Shown piece after piece: positions 10,500-22,786 of a DNA stretch of 34,148 bases. The notes under the pieces were generated by a model. That model made no database searches, was not told the origin of the DNA, and saw nothing but the letters and a program-made list of their open reading frames with translations. Origin of the DNA: Octopus bimaculoides (taxonomy: Eukaryota); assembly GCF_001194135.2 (NCBI RefSeq), contig NC_068987.1, positions 21,852,322 through 21,886,469 on the forward strand. Direction: 5' to 3'. A program made the translations under genes and the position numbers. Position 1 is the stretch's first letter. Every line of letters begins with the position of its first letter.

Positions 10500-11150
10500 A
10501 ATAATAACCCCTTCTACCATAGGAACAAAGCTTGAAATTTAAGGTAAGGGGCTAGTCGATTACATTGACCCCAGTATTTAACTGGTATTTATTTTATAGA
10601 ACCTGATAGGATGAAAAAGCAAAGTCAACCTTGGTGATATTTGAACCCAGAATGTAAACCTGGAAGACAGGCTGCAAGGCATTTTGTCCAGCATGCTAAC
10701 AATTCTGCCAGATGGCATAAGGTCAGTAATTTGAATAGGAGGAGATAAGTCATTCACATCAGCCCCAGTATTCAACTGGTACTTATTTCATTGACCCCGC
10801 AAAGGGATGAAAGGCAAAGTCAATTTTGTCGTAATTTGAACTCAGAATGCATTGGGCTGAAAAAAATACTGCTGAGCATTTCGTCTGTGAGGGTTAATGA
10901 TTCTTGAGTTTCGCAGAAAAATGCAATTGTGGTATTTGTTTCAGCTCTTTTTGAGTTCAAATCCACCCAAAGTCAGCATTGTATTTCGCCCTTTCACAAT
11001 CATGTACTAGTGTTAATGTTCTTACAGTTCTGCTAATCCATTGTCCTGAAAGGATGAAAAGCAGAGTTGACCTCAGCAGGATTTGAACTCAGAGCAAGAG
11101 AGTCAGAACAAATACTTATTCCAATGCTCTAATGACTCTGCCAAAATCAC
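10500..11150 (-). mobile_element. Cluster of about 4 degenerate SINE family 2 copies
   Basis: Repeated reverse complements of 'ctgagttcaaattc..gaggtcgactttgcctttcatcctttcggggtcaat..taagtaccagtt'. Confidence 0.75.
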
Positions 11151-11930
11151 TGCTTATTTATCTGTTGTAGTTTTGTTTAACACCGAAGTCATCCCTAATT
11201 CAACAGAATTTTTTGATCAAAGGTATCCCAGCCATGACCATCACACCTTATTTTGTTTTAAAAGAGGCACAAAGTTTCAAGGACTACATTAATGTGTCTT
11301 TCCATTTTCGTAAGGTATGAGTTGAAAAGATTTGGCTGCTGCTTCTAGGATATCAAGTAAACACATTGAAGTTCTTTTTGTGTTTTCATTGCTGTTGAAG
11401 TCGTCTTTCGTGTTTAATCCTAGATCAGTTCTGATCCAACAGATCTGTGATCAAAAGTATTCCAAGCATGACCATCCATATCTATGATCAAAGCACTCCA
11501 ACCATTCCATCCCTGTTTGGTTTTCCAGACATATCTTTGACTACCAAACATCTAACACACAGCCAGATATTTATAAAAAGAGGGCTATAATGAATGGGAC
11601 AACTGACCTCAGTATATCACTGGTATCTATTCTAGAGATGCTCTTTTCTGTGTCATCCATCGACATGAATGATAAAAGTGAAAACCAGGTAGGCTTTGAA
11701 CTCAGAATATAAGAGGACAAATTGGTGAACTTTAAGGGAGAGTACAAAATATTGCAAGATGTTACACACAATACAGTATTTGATGGTGGTGGCCATGGCA
11801 TTGACCGTTGCAAGAGAAGAAATACTGATTTCTCAAGTTACAAACTAGAAATTTGTATGACTTGCTAAAACAGTGGATCACAGTAATAACTTATAAAAAC
11901 ATTCTGATATACTTTGTAGTATAGATCTGA

Positions 11931-12487
11931 AAGATCTCAGGCCTAACATGGCGCAACAAGGTCACCAATGTTGAAGTGCTGGCGCAGGCGAATCTTCAAA
12001 GCATAACAGCTATCTTGTGTATGAGAAGACTGAGGTGGCTAGGGCATGTCAGGAGAATGGATGACCATCGAATCCCGAAGCAACTGCTCTATGGAGAACT
12101 AGCTCAGGGCAAGAGACCAAGAGGAAGACCAAAACTGAGGTATAAGGACACTTGCAAAACTAGTTTGTCCAAGTGTGAAGTGGATGTCAGCACCTGGGAA
12201 GAGATGGCTGAGGACAGAACAACATGGAGGATTGTGGTGAAGGAAGGAACTGCTTCGCTAGAGAGCAGCTACAGAAGGAAACAAGGTTAGAAGCGTCAGC
12301 GTCGAAAGGAAAACAACAGAAATGCAGAGTGCTGAGCCACCCTCTTAGTATGCAAGTACTGTGACAGAAGCTGTGCTTCAATCATAGGAAGAATCAGCCA
12401 TGAAAGAAGCTGCAAAAGAGGGAGCCCCTGATATGTTCGATTAAGTGACCTCTAAGCTAGATGAAAAGGGCCAATTATTATTATTAT
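11931..12487 (+). mobile_element. RTE-clade LINE, 5'-truncated 3' end with (ATT)n tail
   Basis: KISGLTWRNKVTNVEVLAQANLQSITAILCMRRLRWLGHVRRMDDHRIPKQLLYGELAQGKRPRGRPKLRYKDTCK...EDRTTWR is the typical RTE ORF C-terminus. It is followed by a frameshifted CKYC..H..SC zinc-finger-like end. Confidence 0.92.
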
Positions 12488-12513
12488 ATATTTTGGTTGC
12501 ATGGAAGTATATA

Positions 12514-12554
<41 letters not shown>

Positions 12555-13280
12555 NNNNNNNNNNNNNNNNNNNNNNNNNNNNNNNNNNNNNNNNNNNNNN
12601 NNNNNNNNNNNNNNNNNNNNNNNNNNNNNNNNNNNNNNNNNNNNNNNNNNNNNNNNNNNNNNNNNNNNNNNNNNNNNNNNNNNNNNNNNNNNNNNNNNNN
12701 NNNNNNNNNNNNNNNNNNNNNNNNNNNNNNNNNNNNNNNNNNNNNNNNNNNNNNNNNNNNNNNNNNNNNNNNNNNNNNNNNNNNNNNNNNNNNNNNNNNN
12801 NNNNNNNNNNNNNNNNNNNNNNNNNNNNNNNNNNNNNNNNNNNNNNNNNNNNNNNNNNNNNNNNNNNNNNNNNNNNNNNNNNNNNNNNNNNNNNNNNNNN
12901 NNNNNNNNNNNNNNNNNNNNNNNNNNNNNNNNNNNNNNNNNNNNNNNNNNNNNNNNNNNNNNNNNNNNNNNNNNNNNNNNNNNNNNNNNNNNNNNNNNNN
13001 NNNNNNNNNNNNNNNNNNNNNNNNNNNNNNNNNNNNNNNNNNNNNNNNNNNNNNNNNNNNNNNNNNNNNNNNNNNNNNNNNNNNNNNNNNNNNNNNNNNN
13101 NNNNNNNNNNNNNNNNNNNNNNNNNNNNNNNNNNNNNNNNNNNNNNNNNNNNNNNNNNNNNNNNNNNNNNNNNNNNNNNNNNNNNNNNNNNNNNNNNNNN
13201 NNNNNNNNNNNNNNNNNNNNNNNNNNNNNNNNNNNNNNNNNNNNNNNNNNNNNNNNNNNNNNNNNNNNNNNNNNNNNNNN

Positions 13281-13311
<31 letters not shown>

Positions 13312-13588
13312 CATCTAAACCCACATCCACACACATGTACACACAACTATACACATGTGCACGTGCATACACAGACACACACACACACATATGGAAAACA
13401 GATGAGGCAGTAGAGGTAGAACATTTATGAACATAAGCGTGTTCGGCCAGTGTTGACCTGGAAGAGTAAACAACAACAACAACAACAACAACAGCATCCA
13501 CAGTACCTCCCCACCCTCCTCCTCCTCCTCATCATCATCATCATTGGTAACAACAGGTAAACAGCCATAACAAACATATTTAACTAAC

Positions 13589-14128
13589 CCGAATAGTTGT
13601 AATGGTATACTGCTCAACCAAGTACATGGGTGTGTCCTGCATACTGAGTGTGCGCTTGGTGGTGGAACGACGCTTGCGGATCACTCTGCCATTGCTGCTG
13701 TACGAGCGCCGTTCAATAAACCTGTGGTCTTGTTGCACCACACTGGCGTTCACTGCAACCAGCTGCACATTGTCTTCTGTCTCCTCGGAACCCTCTGTGT
13801 CCTTTTGTACATCCATGTTTAAAACTGACCACTGGTCTGAATCGGCCAGGGCCTCTGTGTTAATATGAGGGGCTGCAGCTGTTGTTGTAGCAGAGGTGGT
13901 GGTGGTGGCAGTGCTGGTAGTATTGGTGGTGATGGCATTGGTGATGGTGGTGCTGGTGGTAATGTTAGTGGTGTTTGTGGTGGTGGTCATGGTGGTGGTA
14001 GCACTGCTGGTGGATATGTTTGAGATGTTTACTGGGGTTGGCAGATCCAGGGCATAGCAGTCAAGGGTGGAGTCACATTCTTTGTCACTGGAGCTTGGCT
14101 CATGTGCCATTGTCACTTCGGGGGACAT
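13589..14128 (-). CDS. First coding exon A (exon 14149-13589) of an uncharacterised minus-strand gene; Thr-rich N-terminus
   Basis: Pyrimidine tract and 'ccctag|' acceptor at 14150. ATG at 14128 in a good context (atcATG), with an in-frame TGA just upstream. 180 open codons in GC/CpG-richer sequence (MSPEV...RVIRKRRSTTKRTLSMQDTPMYLVEQYTITTIR). Donor 'cgg|gttagt'. Confidence 0.75.
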
Positions 14129-14899
14129 GATCCCTCAAATGAGGCACACCTAGGGAAGGAGGTAGAAGTGGGAATGAAAAATAAGCCTGTGTATGAAAAT
14201 ATGATATGAGTGAGTGANNNNNNNNNNNNNNNNNNNNNNNNNNNNNNNNNNNNNNNNNNNNNNNNNNNNNNNNNNNNNNNNNNNNNNNNNNNNNNNNNNN
14301 NNNNNNNNNNNNNNNNNNNNNNNNNNNNNNNNNNNNNNNNNNNNNNNNNNNNNNNNNNNNNNNNNNNNNNNNNNNNNNNNNNNNNNNNNNNNNNNNNNNN
14401 NNNNNNNNNNNNNNNNNNNNNNNNNNNNNNNNNNNNNNNNNNNNNNNNNNNNNNNNNNNNNNNNNNNNNNNNNNNNNNNNNNNNNNNNNNNNNNNNNNNN
14501 NNNNNNNNNNNNNNNNNNNNNNNNNNNNNNNNNNNNNNNNNNNNNNNNNNNNNNNNNNNNNNNNNNNNNNNNNNNNNNNNNNNNNNNNNNNNNNNNNNNN
14601 NNNNNNNNNNNNNNNNNNNNNNNNNNNNNNNNNNNNNNNNNNNNNNNNNNNNNNNNNNNNNNNNNNNNNNNNNNNNNNNNNNNNNNNNNNNNNNNNNNNN
14701 NNNNNNNNNNNNNNNNNNNNNNNNNNNNNNNNNNNNNNNNNNNNNNNNNNNNNNNNNNNNNNNNNNNNNNNNNNNNNNNNNNNNNNNNNNNNNNNNNNNN
14801 NNNNNNNNNNNNNNNNNNNNNNNNNNNNNNNNNNNNNNNNNNNNNNNNNNNNNNNNNNNNNNNNNNNNNNNNNNNNNNNNNNNNNNNNNNNNNNNNNNN

Positions 14900-14934
<35 letters not shown>

Positions 14935-15045
14935 CACTTGGTATTTGATTGATTGTAAATATATAATACTAGTTGTCTGAGTATGGATATACAACACTTG
15001 ATCTCCAAGTTATAAATAACAAAAATTATATATATGTGTGTGTAC

Positions 15046-15091
<46 letters not shown>

Positions 15092-15862
15092 CTTGGTGTC
15101 TGAAATTTAGTGTAGATTCCTGGTGAAAAACTTAGTACAGGGGAACATCGAGGGACTTTTCATTGCATTGGTTGTGATATTAAGTCAGGTAAAATATATT
15201 TTGATTGAGCATGAAACATAAACCGCTGTCCAAGTGAAGGAATCAAGATGTCCTTTTTTTGTTTTTTTTTTTAACAAAGAAATAAAAAACGAAAAAGAAA
15301 AATGTATTCCTTGTCAGTGAAAAAGAATAAGGAGCCCTGTGTCCGAGTCAAAGTATTGACATCTGTCCAAGAATAAATACAAAGTTGTTATCCCTGGAAA
15401 CTAAATGCAGGAGAAACAGGAGTAATAAAAACCCACAAAAACATGATCCAAGGACCTGCAGGAGTGAGACTGTGTGAAAAAAGCACTGGATGATCACTTG
15501 AATGTAGGAAAACTGTCCGAGCCCAAAAAAGACTGCTCTCAGTCAACAACAATAACAACCACTACACAAGGATGGTGGTAATTAAGTTTGCCAAATGTTG
15601 CTATTTCCTCTGCAGTGTCGTCAGAGGTGATGTTTGTACTGGTGGCGGCTGTGGTGGTTGTGGTGGTATTTGTAATAGTGGTAATGGTGGTGGTGGTGGT
15701 GGTGGTGGTACTGACAGTGGTTGTGATGGTGATGTTTGGACTGGTGGTAGTGGTGGTGGTGGTGGTGGTGGTGTATTAGTCTGTTAATAAGTATGACCAT
15801 TGTTTCTAAGTTTGTCTGTTTGTCTGTGTGTCTGGACACTGGCTGCTGCTATGAGTGTATGT

Positions 15863-15879
<17 letters not shown>

Positions 15880-15900
<21 letters not shown>

Positions 15901-16075
15901 GAACATATGTATGTATATGTGTGTATGTATGTATGTTTGCATGTGGATTGTGTGTGTGTGTGTGTATGAACATATGTATGTATATGTGTGTATGTATGTA
16001 TGTATGTTTGCATGTGGATTGTGTGTGTGCATGTATGTATGCATACACACACACAGACATATACACACTCACATA
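15880..16075. repeat. Compound (GT)/(GTAT) microsatellite with a tandemly duplicated unit of about 67 bp
   Basis: 'gaacatatgtatgtatatgtgtgtatgtatgtatgtttgcatgtggattgtgtg' occurs at about 15901 and 15968. Confidence 0.8.
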
Positions 16076-16857
16076 CATACACGCATGTGTGTGTGTGTGT
16101 GTATGTATACGTATGTGTATGCTATATGTATGATTTGTGTCATATGACCTCTGGCGTCAATATAGTGAAGGTAGGGTCTTTATCCCCCACTCCTTCCCTA
16201 CTCTACACACCACTTTAAGCTTTCTACACACACACCAGCACCATCACCATCACCACCAACCACTACCACCACCACCATCAATACTAGTTGTAGCATCGCC
16301 GCCACAACCATCGCCATGCTTCTTGCTGTGTCTGTTGGATAAGGAGAAGGAGATAGAGCAAAGGTAGAAAACAGAGATAGAGAGATGAAGAGACTGAAAA
16401 AGAGAGATACAGAGAGATGGAGAGATTGTGAAAGAGAGAGAGAGAGAGATACAGGAGAGAGAGAGAGAGAAAGAGATACATACATGTTATACATACAGAT
16501 ATGCAGACACACACACATACTTATATATATATGTGTGCATCTTATGCTGTATGTGCACATGTATGCATGTGTGTGTGTGTGTGTGAGTGTCTGTGTGTGA
16601 GTGTCTATATATGTATGTAAGTAAATGTGTGCAGTGAGTTGAGTTTTATGTAATGAAGGACCCAACAGAATTGACAAAAGTAAGATTATGCTAAATATCT
16701 CATGTATGGAAGGAAATAAGTGACATCTTCAAATACGTCATTGGAAGATGAGTGAAGTTGTCAGTGGTATGTATGTGTGTGAGTAATGGTGGTAGTGATG
16801 CTGGCAGTGTAGAAGGTTGATATCTATGGATATCTAGGTATTATTATAATGGATTAT

Positions 16858-17040
16858 TCTGAGCTGAAATCCCACCAGGATCAACTTTGCCTTTCATCTT
16901 TATGGGGTTGATAAAATAAGTACCAGTTGAGCGCTGGTATCAATGTAATCAACTAGACACCCTCCCCCAATATTTTAGGCCTTGTGCCTATAGTTGAAAG
17001 GATTATTACTATTATTATTATTATTATGATTATTATTATT
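16858..17040 (+). mobile_element. SINE family 2, 5'-truncated, with (ATT)n tail
   Basis: 'tctgagctgaaatcccaccaggatcaactttgcctttcatc...ggccttgtgcctatagttgaaaggattatt'. Confidence 0.8.
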
Positions 17041-17410
17041 TTATGCTTGACTTTTGCTTTGCATTTGTACAAGTTAGATCCAAGTCTCACCCAGAGACCT
17101 CAAGAGACAACAAGTTAGAAGTTCATGTAGGTGTTATACCTAGGGTACCATGTATTTGGATTGTGTTTGTTTTAAAATTTGAGATCACATAGACAGTATT
17201 TTACGTAGGATATGGGCAGTTCCCATGAGCACTATCTTTTGAACTTCAGCCATTTTGGGGTTTCCTGGTATCTGAGCTAGGTAGTAATCAGCCCGTTTCG
17301 CTGCCATTCCCAGGGCACCTATGACAATAGGTATTGTTTTAGTGTTTAGGTTCCACATTTTGCTAATTTCTATTTCAAGATCTTTATATTTGCTCAGTTT
17401 TTGGTAGGTC
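17041..17410 (-). mobile_element. R4/Dong-like non-LTR retrotransposon 3' end (restriction-like endonuclease C-terminus), flanked by (TAA)n
   Basis: TYQKLSKYKDLEIEISKMWNLNTKTIPIVIGALGMAAKRADYYLAQIPGNPKMAEVQKIVLMGTAHILRKILSM* plus about 140-bp 3' UTR; ATT/TAA arrays on both sides. Confidence 0.85.
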
Positions 17411-17453
<43 letters not shown>

Positions 17454-17492
17454 GTAGTAGTATAAGTATTACTATTAGTTTTAGTATTATTT

Positions 17493-18165
17493 AAAGTAGT
17501 GAGTTGGCAAAATTGCTAGTACACCGAGCAAAATCCTTAGCAGTATTCTGTCTATCTTTACATTCTGAGTTCAAATGCCACTGAGGTTGACTTAACCTTT
17601 CATTCTTTCGGGGTCAATGAAATATGTAGCAGTTGAACACCGGGGTCAATGTAATCAACTTACCCCCCCACCCCTGAAATTTCAGACCTTGTGCTTATAA
17701 TAGAAAGGATTATTATTATTATCATTGTTGTCAAGGTGGTGAGCTGCCAGAACCATTAGCACACTGGACAAATGCTTAGCAGCATTTCATCCGTCTTTAC
17801 ATTCTGAGTTCAAATTCCGTCGAGTTTGACTTTGCCCGTCATCCTTTCGGTTGTCAATAAATTAAGTACCCGTTATACACTGAAGTCAAATTTCAGGCCT
17901 TGCACCTTTAGTAAAAAGGATTATTAGCATTGTTGTTAAGGCGGTGAGCTGGCAGAATCGTTAGTACACCAGGCAAATGCTTCGTGGAATTTCATCCGTC
18001 TTCACATTCTGAGTTCAAATTCTGCCAAGGTCGATTTTTGACTTTAATCCTTTAGGGGGTCAATAAATTAAGTACCAGTTACACACTGGGATTGATGTAA
18101 TCGACTAGTCCTCTCCCTACAAATTTCAAGCCTTGTACCTATAGTGGAAAGAATTAATATTATTA
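17493..18165 (+). mobile_element. Head-to-tail array of three SINE family 2 copies
   Basis: Heads 'aaggcggtgagctggcagaatcgttag'-like at about 17493, 17732 and 17938, each ending in 'gaaaggattatt(att)n'. Confidence 0.85.
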
Positions 18166-18610
18166 TTGAGTGAAAGAGCAGGACATGCCATCAAAGTGAT
18201 GCTGGGGTACAAACATACAAAATTCAATATACCCATCAGGACTACCCATCTGATAAGAGTACACCAGGCACATGCATCACAACCATATGTGCGTGACATG
18301 GTGACCTCATATCAAGATAAACAGCACATGACCTTGTAGGTGGGGCCCAATTAGAATTTTCTCCATGTCAAGTGGCCCATCCCACTCAAAAGGTCACGGA
18401 ATAAGAGTTCTTTAAGGATGATTAATGAAACACTCATGTTTCCAGAGGCGAATTATTCAGACCCCAAAGAATTCCTCTCAACACATGGCTATGATGTTCC
18501 CCCACAACTCCTGCTTATGAACAGAGATGCACATATTGTCAGCCACTAAGGGACATGAAAAAAGTAGTTCAGGTCAAGCAGCTGACAAGCATATCTGCAG
18601 AATTGAGCAG
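18166..18610. repeat. Unclassified GC-richer interspersed repeat of about 440 bp
   Basis: Composition shift immediately after a SINE tail; no ORF or splice signals. Classification is uncertain. Confidence 0.4.
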
Positions 18611-19020
18611 AATTTTTGCCGTAGCTCAATGTTGTTGTTGTTATTTAATGTCTAGCTTCGATGCTGGCATGACTTGGATGGCTAGACAGGGTCTGATGAC
18701 TCAAAGATCCATGTCATGCACCAATGTCTCCATTGGCATGGCTTCTACAGCTGGATGCCCTTCCTAATGCAAACAGCCTTATAGAATGTACTGGATACAT
18801 TTTCGTGGTTCCAGCGCTAGCAATGATTTCTTTGTAACAAGCAAGACTAAGGCCCTAAAGTGGATTAGATAACTGAGAGAAAAACAAAAGAGAGAGAGAG
18901 TGGAGAGTGGGTAATGATCCTTGGCAGAGAAATTCTCTTTCATACACATTCAGATGGGAGTACTCAGATAAATGCCTGGATTATCTGATTCCCTCTCACT
19001 TACTATAGACACCCACACAT

Positions 19021-19165
19021 GAGGCACAAGCATGATAGTGCAGTTAAGAAGTTCACTTTTCACCACCAGATGGCTTCAGATTCAGCCCCAATGCATGATA
19101 CCTTGGGGTGTGTGTCTTCTACTATAGACCCAGGTTCATCAAAGCCTTGTGTATAGATTTGGTTG
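19021..19165 (+). mobile_element. SINE family 1 head fragment, degenerate
   Basis: 'accttggggtgtgtgtcttctactatagacccagg..aaagccttgtgtatagatttggttgacagaatctgaaa'. Confidence 0.65.
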
Positions 19166-19186
19166 ACAGAATCTGAAACCTACCAT

Positions 19187-19231
<45 letters not shown>

Positions 19232-19557
19232 CTGACAATGGCTCAGCTGGGCAAAACTTTGAAGTCACTGTCAACAACATTCTTGCATAAGAATAAGAAA
19301 TTTGTACTTCACAAAAGTGTAGAGTAATGTAAAATTGCTTTAATTATAACATAAAAACAATCATCAATAGATGCATACACACACACACACACACACGGCA
19401 TATATTCATGTTTGTTCACATTTCCCCAAAGGAGGTCAAGTGTTGAGAACTTTGGATTTTTCACTCTTTCCGGCAAATTAACAACTGGACCTCATTTTTA
19501 TTTTTATCTACGCATGAATACGGATGAACTTTTGGCTATTAGCTTCCTTTCATTCTG

Positions 19558-19607
<50 letters not shown>

Positions 19608-20623
19608 AGGACACTGGACAGTAAGAAAATAAGAATTGAGCATCCAGCAATTTTAGGTTTGATGTATGTATGTATGTATGTATGTATGTATGTATGTATG
19701 TATCTATCTATCTATGTTTGTATGTATGTATGTGTTACAGCGCTTCTAGGGCATTCAACCATAGAAAGCCAAGCAAAAAGAGACATTTGGAGTCTGAACA
19801 GCAACCTGGATGGCCAACTCCTGTCAAACCGTCCAACCTATGCCAGCATGGAAAATCGCCATTAAAGAATGATGATGATGATCAAGGTGTAGAAACGATG
19901 CCAAAGCAGAGATGAAAACTTGGCACAGTTCCCTGGCTTGTTGGATCCTGTCAATCCATCTAACCCATGGAACACAGGCGTTTCATTATGATGATGTGCA
20001 TATATTATAATTTCTATATAATAAAGGCTGATAATATAAATGTTGGCTGGTTGGCTGGCTGGTTGGTTGGTTCACTGAAATCTCCAGTTAGGCTTTACCT
20101 TGTATAGAGAAAGAAGGAGTAAAAGTGAGAGAGATACAGAAAGAGTTAACATAAGAAGTGTAAGATGAGTGCACATGAGAAGCTTGGTGACAGGCACTGA
20201 GTAAAGAATGTAACACACACACACAGAATGAGAGACTGAGTAAATAACAGAATAGTTATGGGACGAGTTATACACGAGAAAATTGCTTTATGTCAATTTA
20301 TTTTATGGTAATAAGTATTTTTCTTATAAAAATTAGCATTTATTTCATCATTTTCTATGAATGCCAAAAGATTTACACACATATATACACGCACACATGT
20401 ATATAAGCTGTACACAAATTCAACATAAGACATAAAAATGATATCCTCTTACGTTACATATATAAATATGTATATACATATTTACATACACATATATAAA
20501 GGCTTTACAGTTTGGGACGATTACGTAAGAGATAACCACTCTTGCAGAATTGGAATTATACAAGTGGCTTTTGTATATGTAAGTGTGTGTATGTATGTAT
20601 GTATGTATGTATGTATGTATGTA

Positions 20624-20673
<50 letters not shown>

Positions 20674-21026
20674 GACACAGATATATAGTGTCATGAATGA
20701 TGTTGCTGTTGCTGCTGCTGCTGGCATAATCATCAGCTCCAACACTTCATGTTTGTTTTCCATGTTGGTATGTGTTGAATAGTTCATTGCTGTGCTCCTA
20801 GACGGATCAGAACACCACATGCTGCTTTTAAGTTGCCTTTTTGCCATGGTTTCTACAGCTGGATACCCTTCCTTACACCAACCACATTACACAGTGTACT
20901 AAATGCGTTTTTTTTCTTTTTGTTGCACCAGTACATGGAAGGTTGTCACATTTTCAACAGGACTATATAAATAGATAGATGTGTATCAGTTTATTTATAC
21001 CTCTGTCCATTCATCCATCCATATAT

Positions 21027-21405
21027 ACTCTCTTTTACTCTTTTACTTGTTTCAGTCATTTGAATGCGGCCATGCTAGAGCACCACCTTTAGTTGAGCAA
21101 ATCGACCCCAGGACTTATTCTTTGGAAGCCTAGTACTTATTCTATCGGTCTCTTTTGCCGAACCGCTAAGTTATGAGAACTTCACACCAGCATCGGTTGT
21201 CAAGCAATGTTGGGGGGACAAACACAGACACACAAACACACACACACATACATATATATACATACATATGACAGTCTTCTTTCAGTTTCCGTCTACCAGA
21301 TCCACTCATAAGGCTTTGGTCGGCCTGAGGCTAAAGTAGAGGACACTTGCCCAAAGTGCCACGCAGTGGGACTGAACCCGGAACCATGTGGTTCGTGAGC
21401 AAGCT
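21027..21405 (-). mobile_element. SINE family 1
   Basis: Near-identical structure to 6284-6672. Confidence 0.9.
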
Positions 21406-21418
21406 ACATATATATATC

Positions 21419-21637
21419 ATCATCATCATCATCATCATCGTTTAACGTCCGCTTTCCATGCTAGCATGGGTTGGACGATTTGACTGAGGACTGGTGCAAC
21501 CGCATGGCTACACCAGGCTCCAATCTAATTTGGCAGAGTTTCTACAGCTGGATGCCCTTCCTAACGCCAACCACTCAGAGAGTGTAGTGGGTGCTTTTAC
21601 GTGTCACCCGCACGAAAACGGCCACGCTCGAAATGCT
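21419..21637 (+). mobile_element. Interspersed repeat family 3, well-preserved copy (truncated by a gap)
   Basis: (CAT)n then 'cgtttaacgtccgctttccatgctagcatgggttggacg...ggatgcccttcctaacgccaaccactc'. Confidence 0.8.
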
Positions 21638-22207
21638 NNNNNNNNNNNNNNNNNNNNNNNNNNNNNNNNNNNNNNNNNNNNNNNNNNNNNNNNNNNNNNN
21701 NNNNNNNNNNNNNNNNNNNNNNNNNNNNNNNNNNNNNNNNNNNNNNNNNNNNNNNNNNNNNNNNNNNNNNNNNNNNNNNNNNNNNNNNNNNNNNNNNNNN
21801 NNNNNNNNNNNNNNNNNNNNNNNNNNNNNNNNNNNNNNNNNNNNNNNNNNNNNNNNNNNNNNNNNNNNNNNNNNNNNNNNNNNNNNNNNNNNNNNNNNNN
21901 NNNNNNNNNNNNNNNNNNNNNNNNNNNNNNNNNNNNNNNNNNNNNNNNNNNNNNNNNNNNNNNNNNNNNNNNNNNNNNNNNNNNNNNNNNNNNNNNNNNN
22001 NNNNNNNNNNNNNNNNNNNNNNNNNNNNNNNNNNNNNNNNNNNNNNNNNNNNNNNNNNNNNNNNNNNNNNNNNNNNNNNNNNNNNNNNNNNNNNNNNNNN
22101 NNNNNNNNNNNNNNNNNNNNNNNNNNNNNNNNNNNNNNNNNNNNNNNNNNNNNNNNNNNNNNNNNNNNNNNNNNNNNNNNNNNNNNNNNNNNNNNNNNNN
22201 NNNNNNN

Positions 22208-22506
22208 AGAGGTAAGAGCTCTCTAAACTTGGCCCAGGCTATTCTTATTCTAGCAGTTACACTTTCAGTGCACCCACCCCCACTACTAACTTGGTCACCC
22301 AGATAGCGGAAGCTATCAACTACCTCTAGTTTTTCTCCCTGGAATGAGATAGAAGTTGTTTCCTGTTTGTTTACAGTGTTTATTGCACCTGAACATCTGC
22401 CACATACAAAGACTAACTTTGTAGTTAATCTGCCTTTGATATTGCTGCACCTCTTATGTGTCCATAGCTTGCACCGGGTACATCTTATAGAGTTACTACC
22501 TACTCC
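22208..22506 (-). mobile_element. RTE-like LINE internal fragment: Cys-rich PHD-like segment followed by RT C-terminal motif
   Basis: GVGSNSIRCTRCKLWTHKRCSNIKGRLTTKLVFVCGRCSGAINTVNKQETTSISFQGEKLEVVDSFRYLGDQVSSGGGCTESVTARIRIAWAKFRELLP, open throughout. Confidence 0.88.
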
Positions 22507-22744
22507 TCAAAAAACTCAGGAGAAAATATTTCCGAAGATATCACTGACTCTATTATTATCTAGAGATTGTCTAGCCTGTTTACCTTCGGACAGATGATTT
22601 CTGTAGTTACTATCAGTGTATTTTGGCGATTTAAATAAGAGTTTTGACTGTTATTTCCAGCAGGTAGACATACTTGGTATGTCCTTTGATTAATTTTAAT
22701 CCTTCAGCTAGACGTATATATACATTATACATTTCCCTATATAA

Positions 22745-22779
<35 letters not shown>

Positions 22780-22786
22780 ATAAAAA

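Noticed and set aside
2321-13620. Weak resemblances of exon peptides to pecanex (MYLxEQ, AVSYxLS), plexin-domain proteins, S9 peptidases (FPDxxHG) and BTB/BACK domains
   Set aside because: The matches are short, mutually incompatible, and the spacing does not fit any of these families.
13589-13625. YTITTI resembling the K+ channel pore signature TITTIGYG
   Set aside because: There is no GYG and no preceding pore helix.
15572-15839. Gly-, Val-, His-, Pro- and Thr-rich ORFs
   Set aside because: This is a degenerate (GGT)n tract. The Thr frame starts right after a stop, and the Pro frame has an acceptor but no good donor.
17493-18165. Regularly repeated units suggesting a CRISPR or satellite array
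   Set aside because: The units are diverged SINE copies of about 220 bp in eukaryotic DNA, with no repeat-spacer structure.
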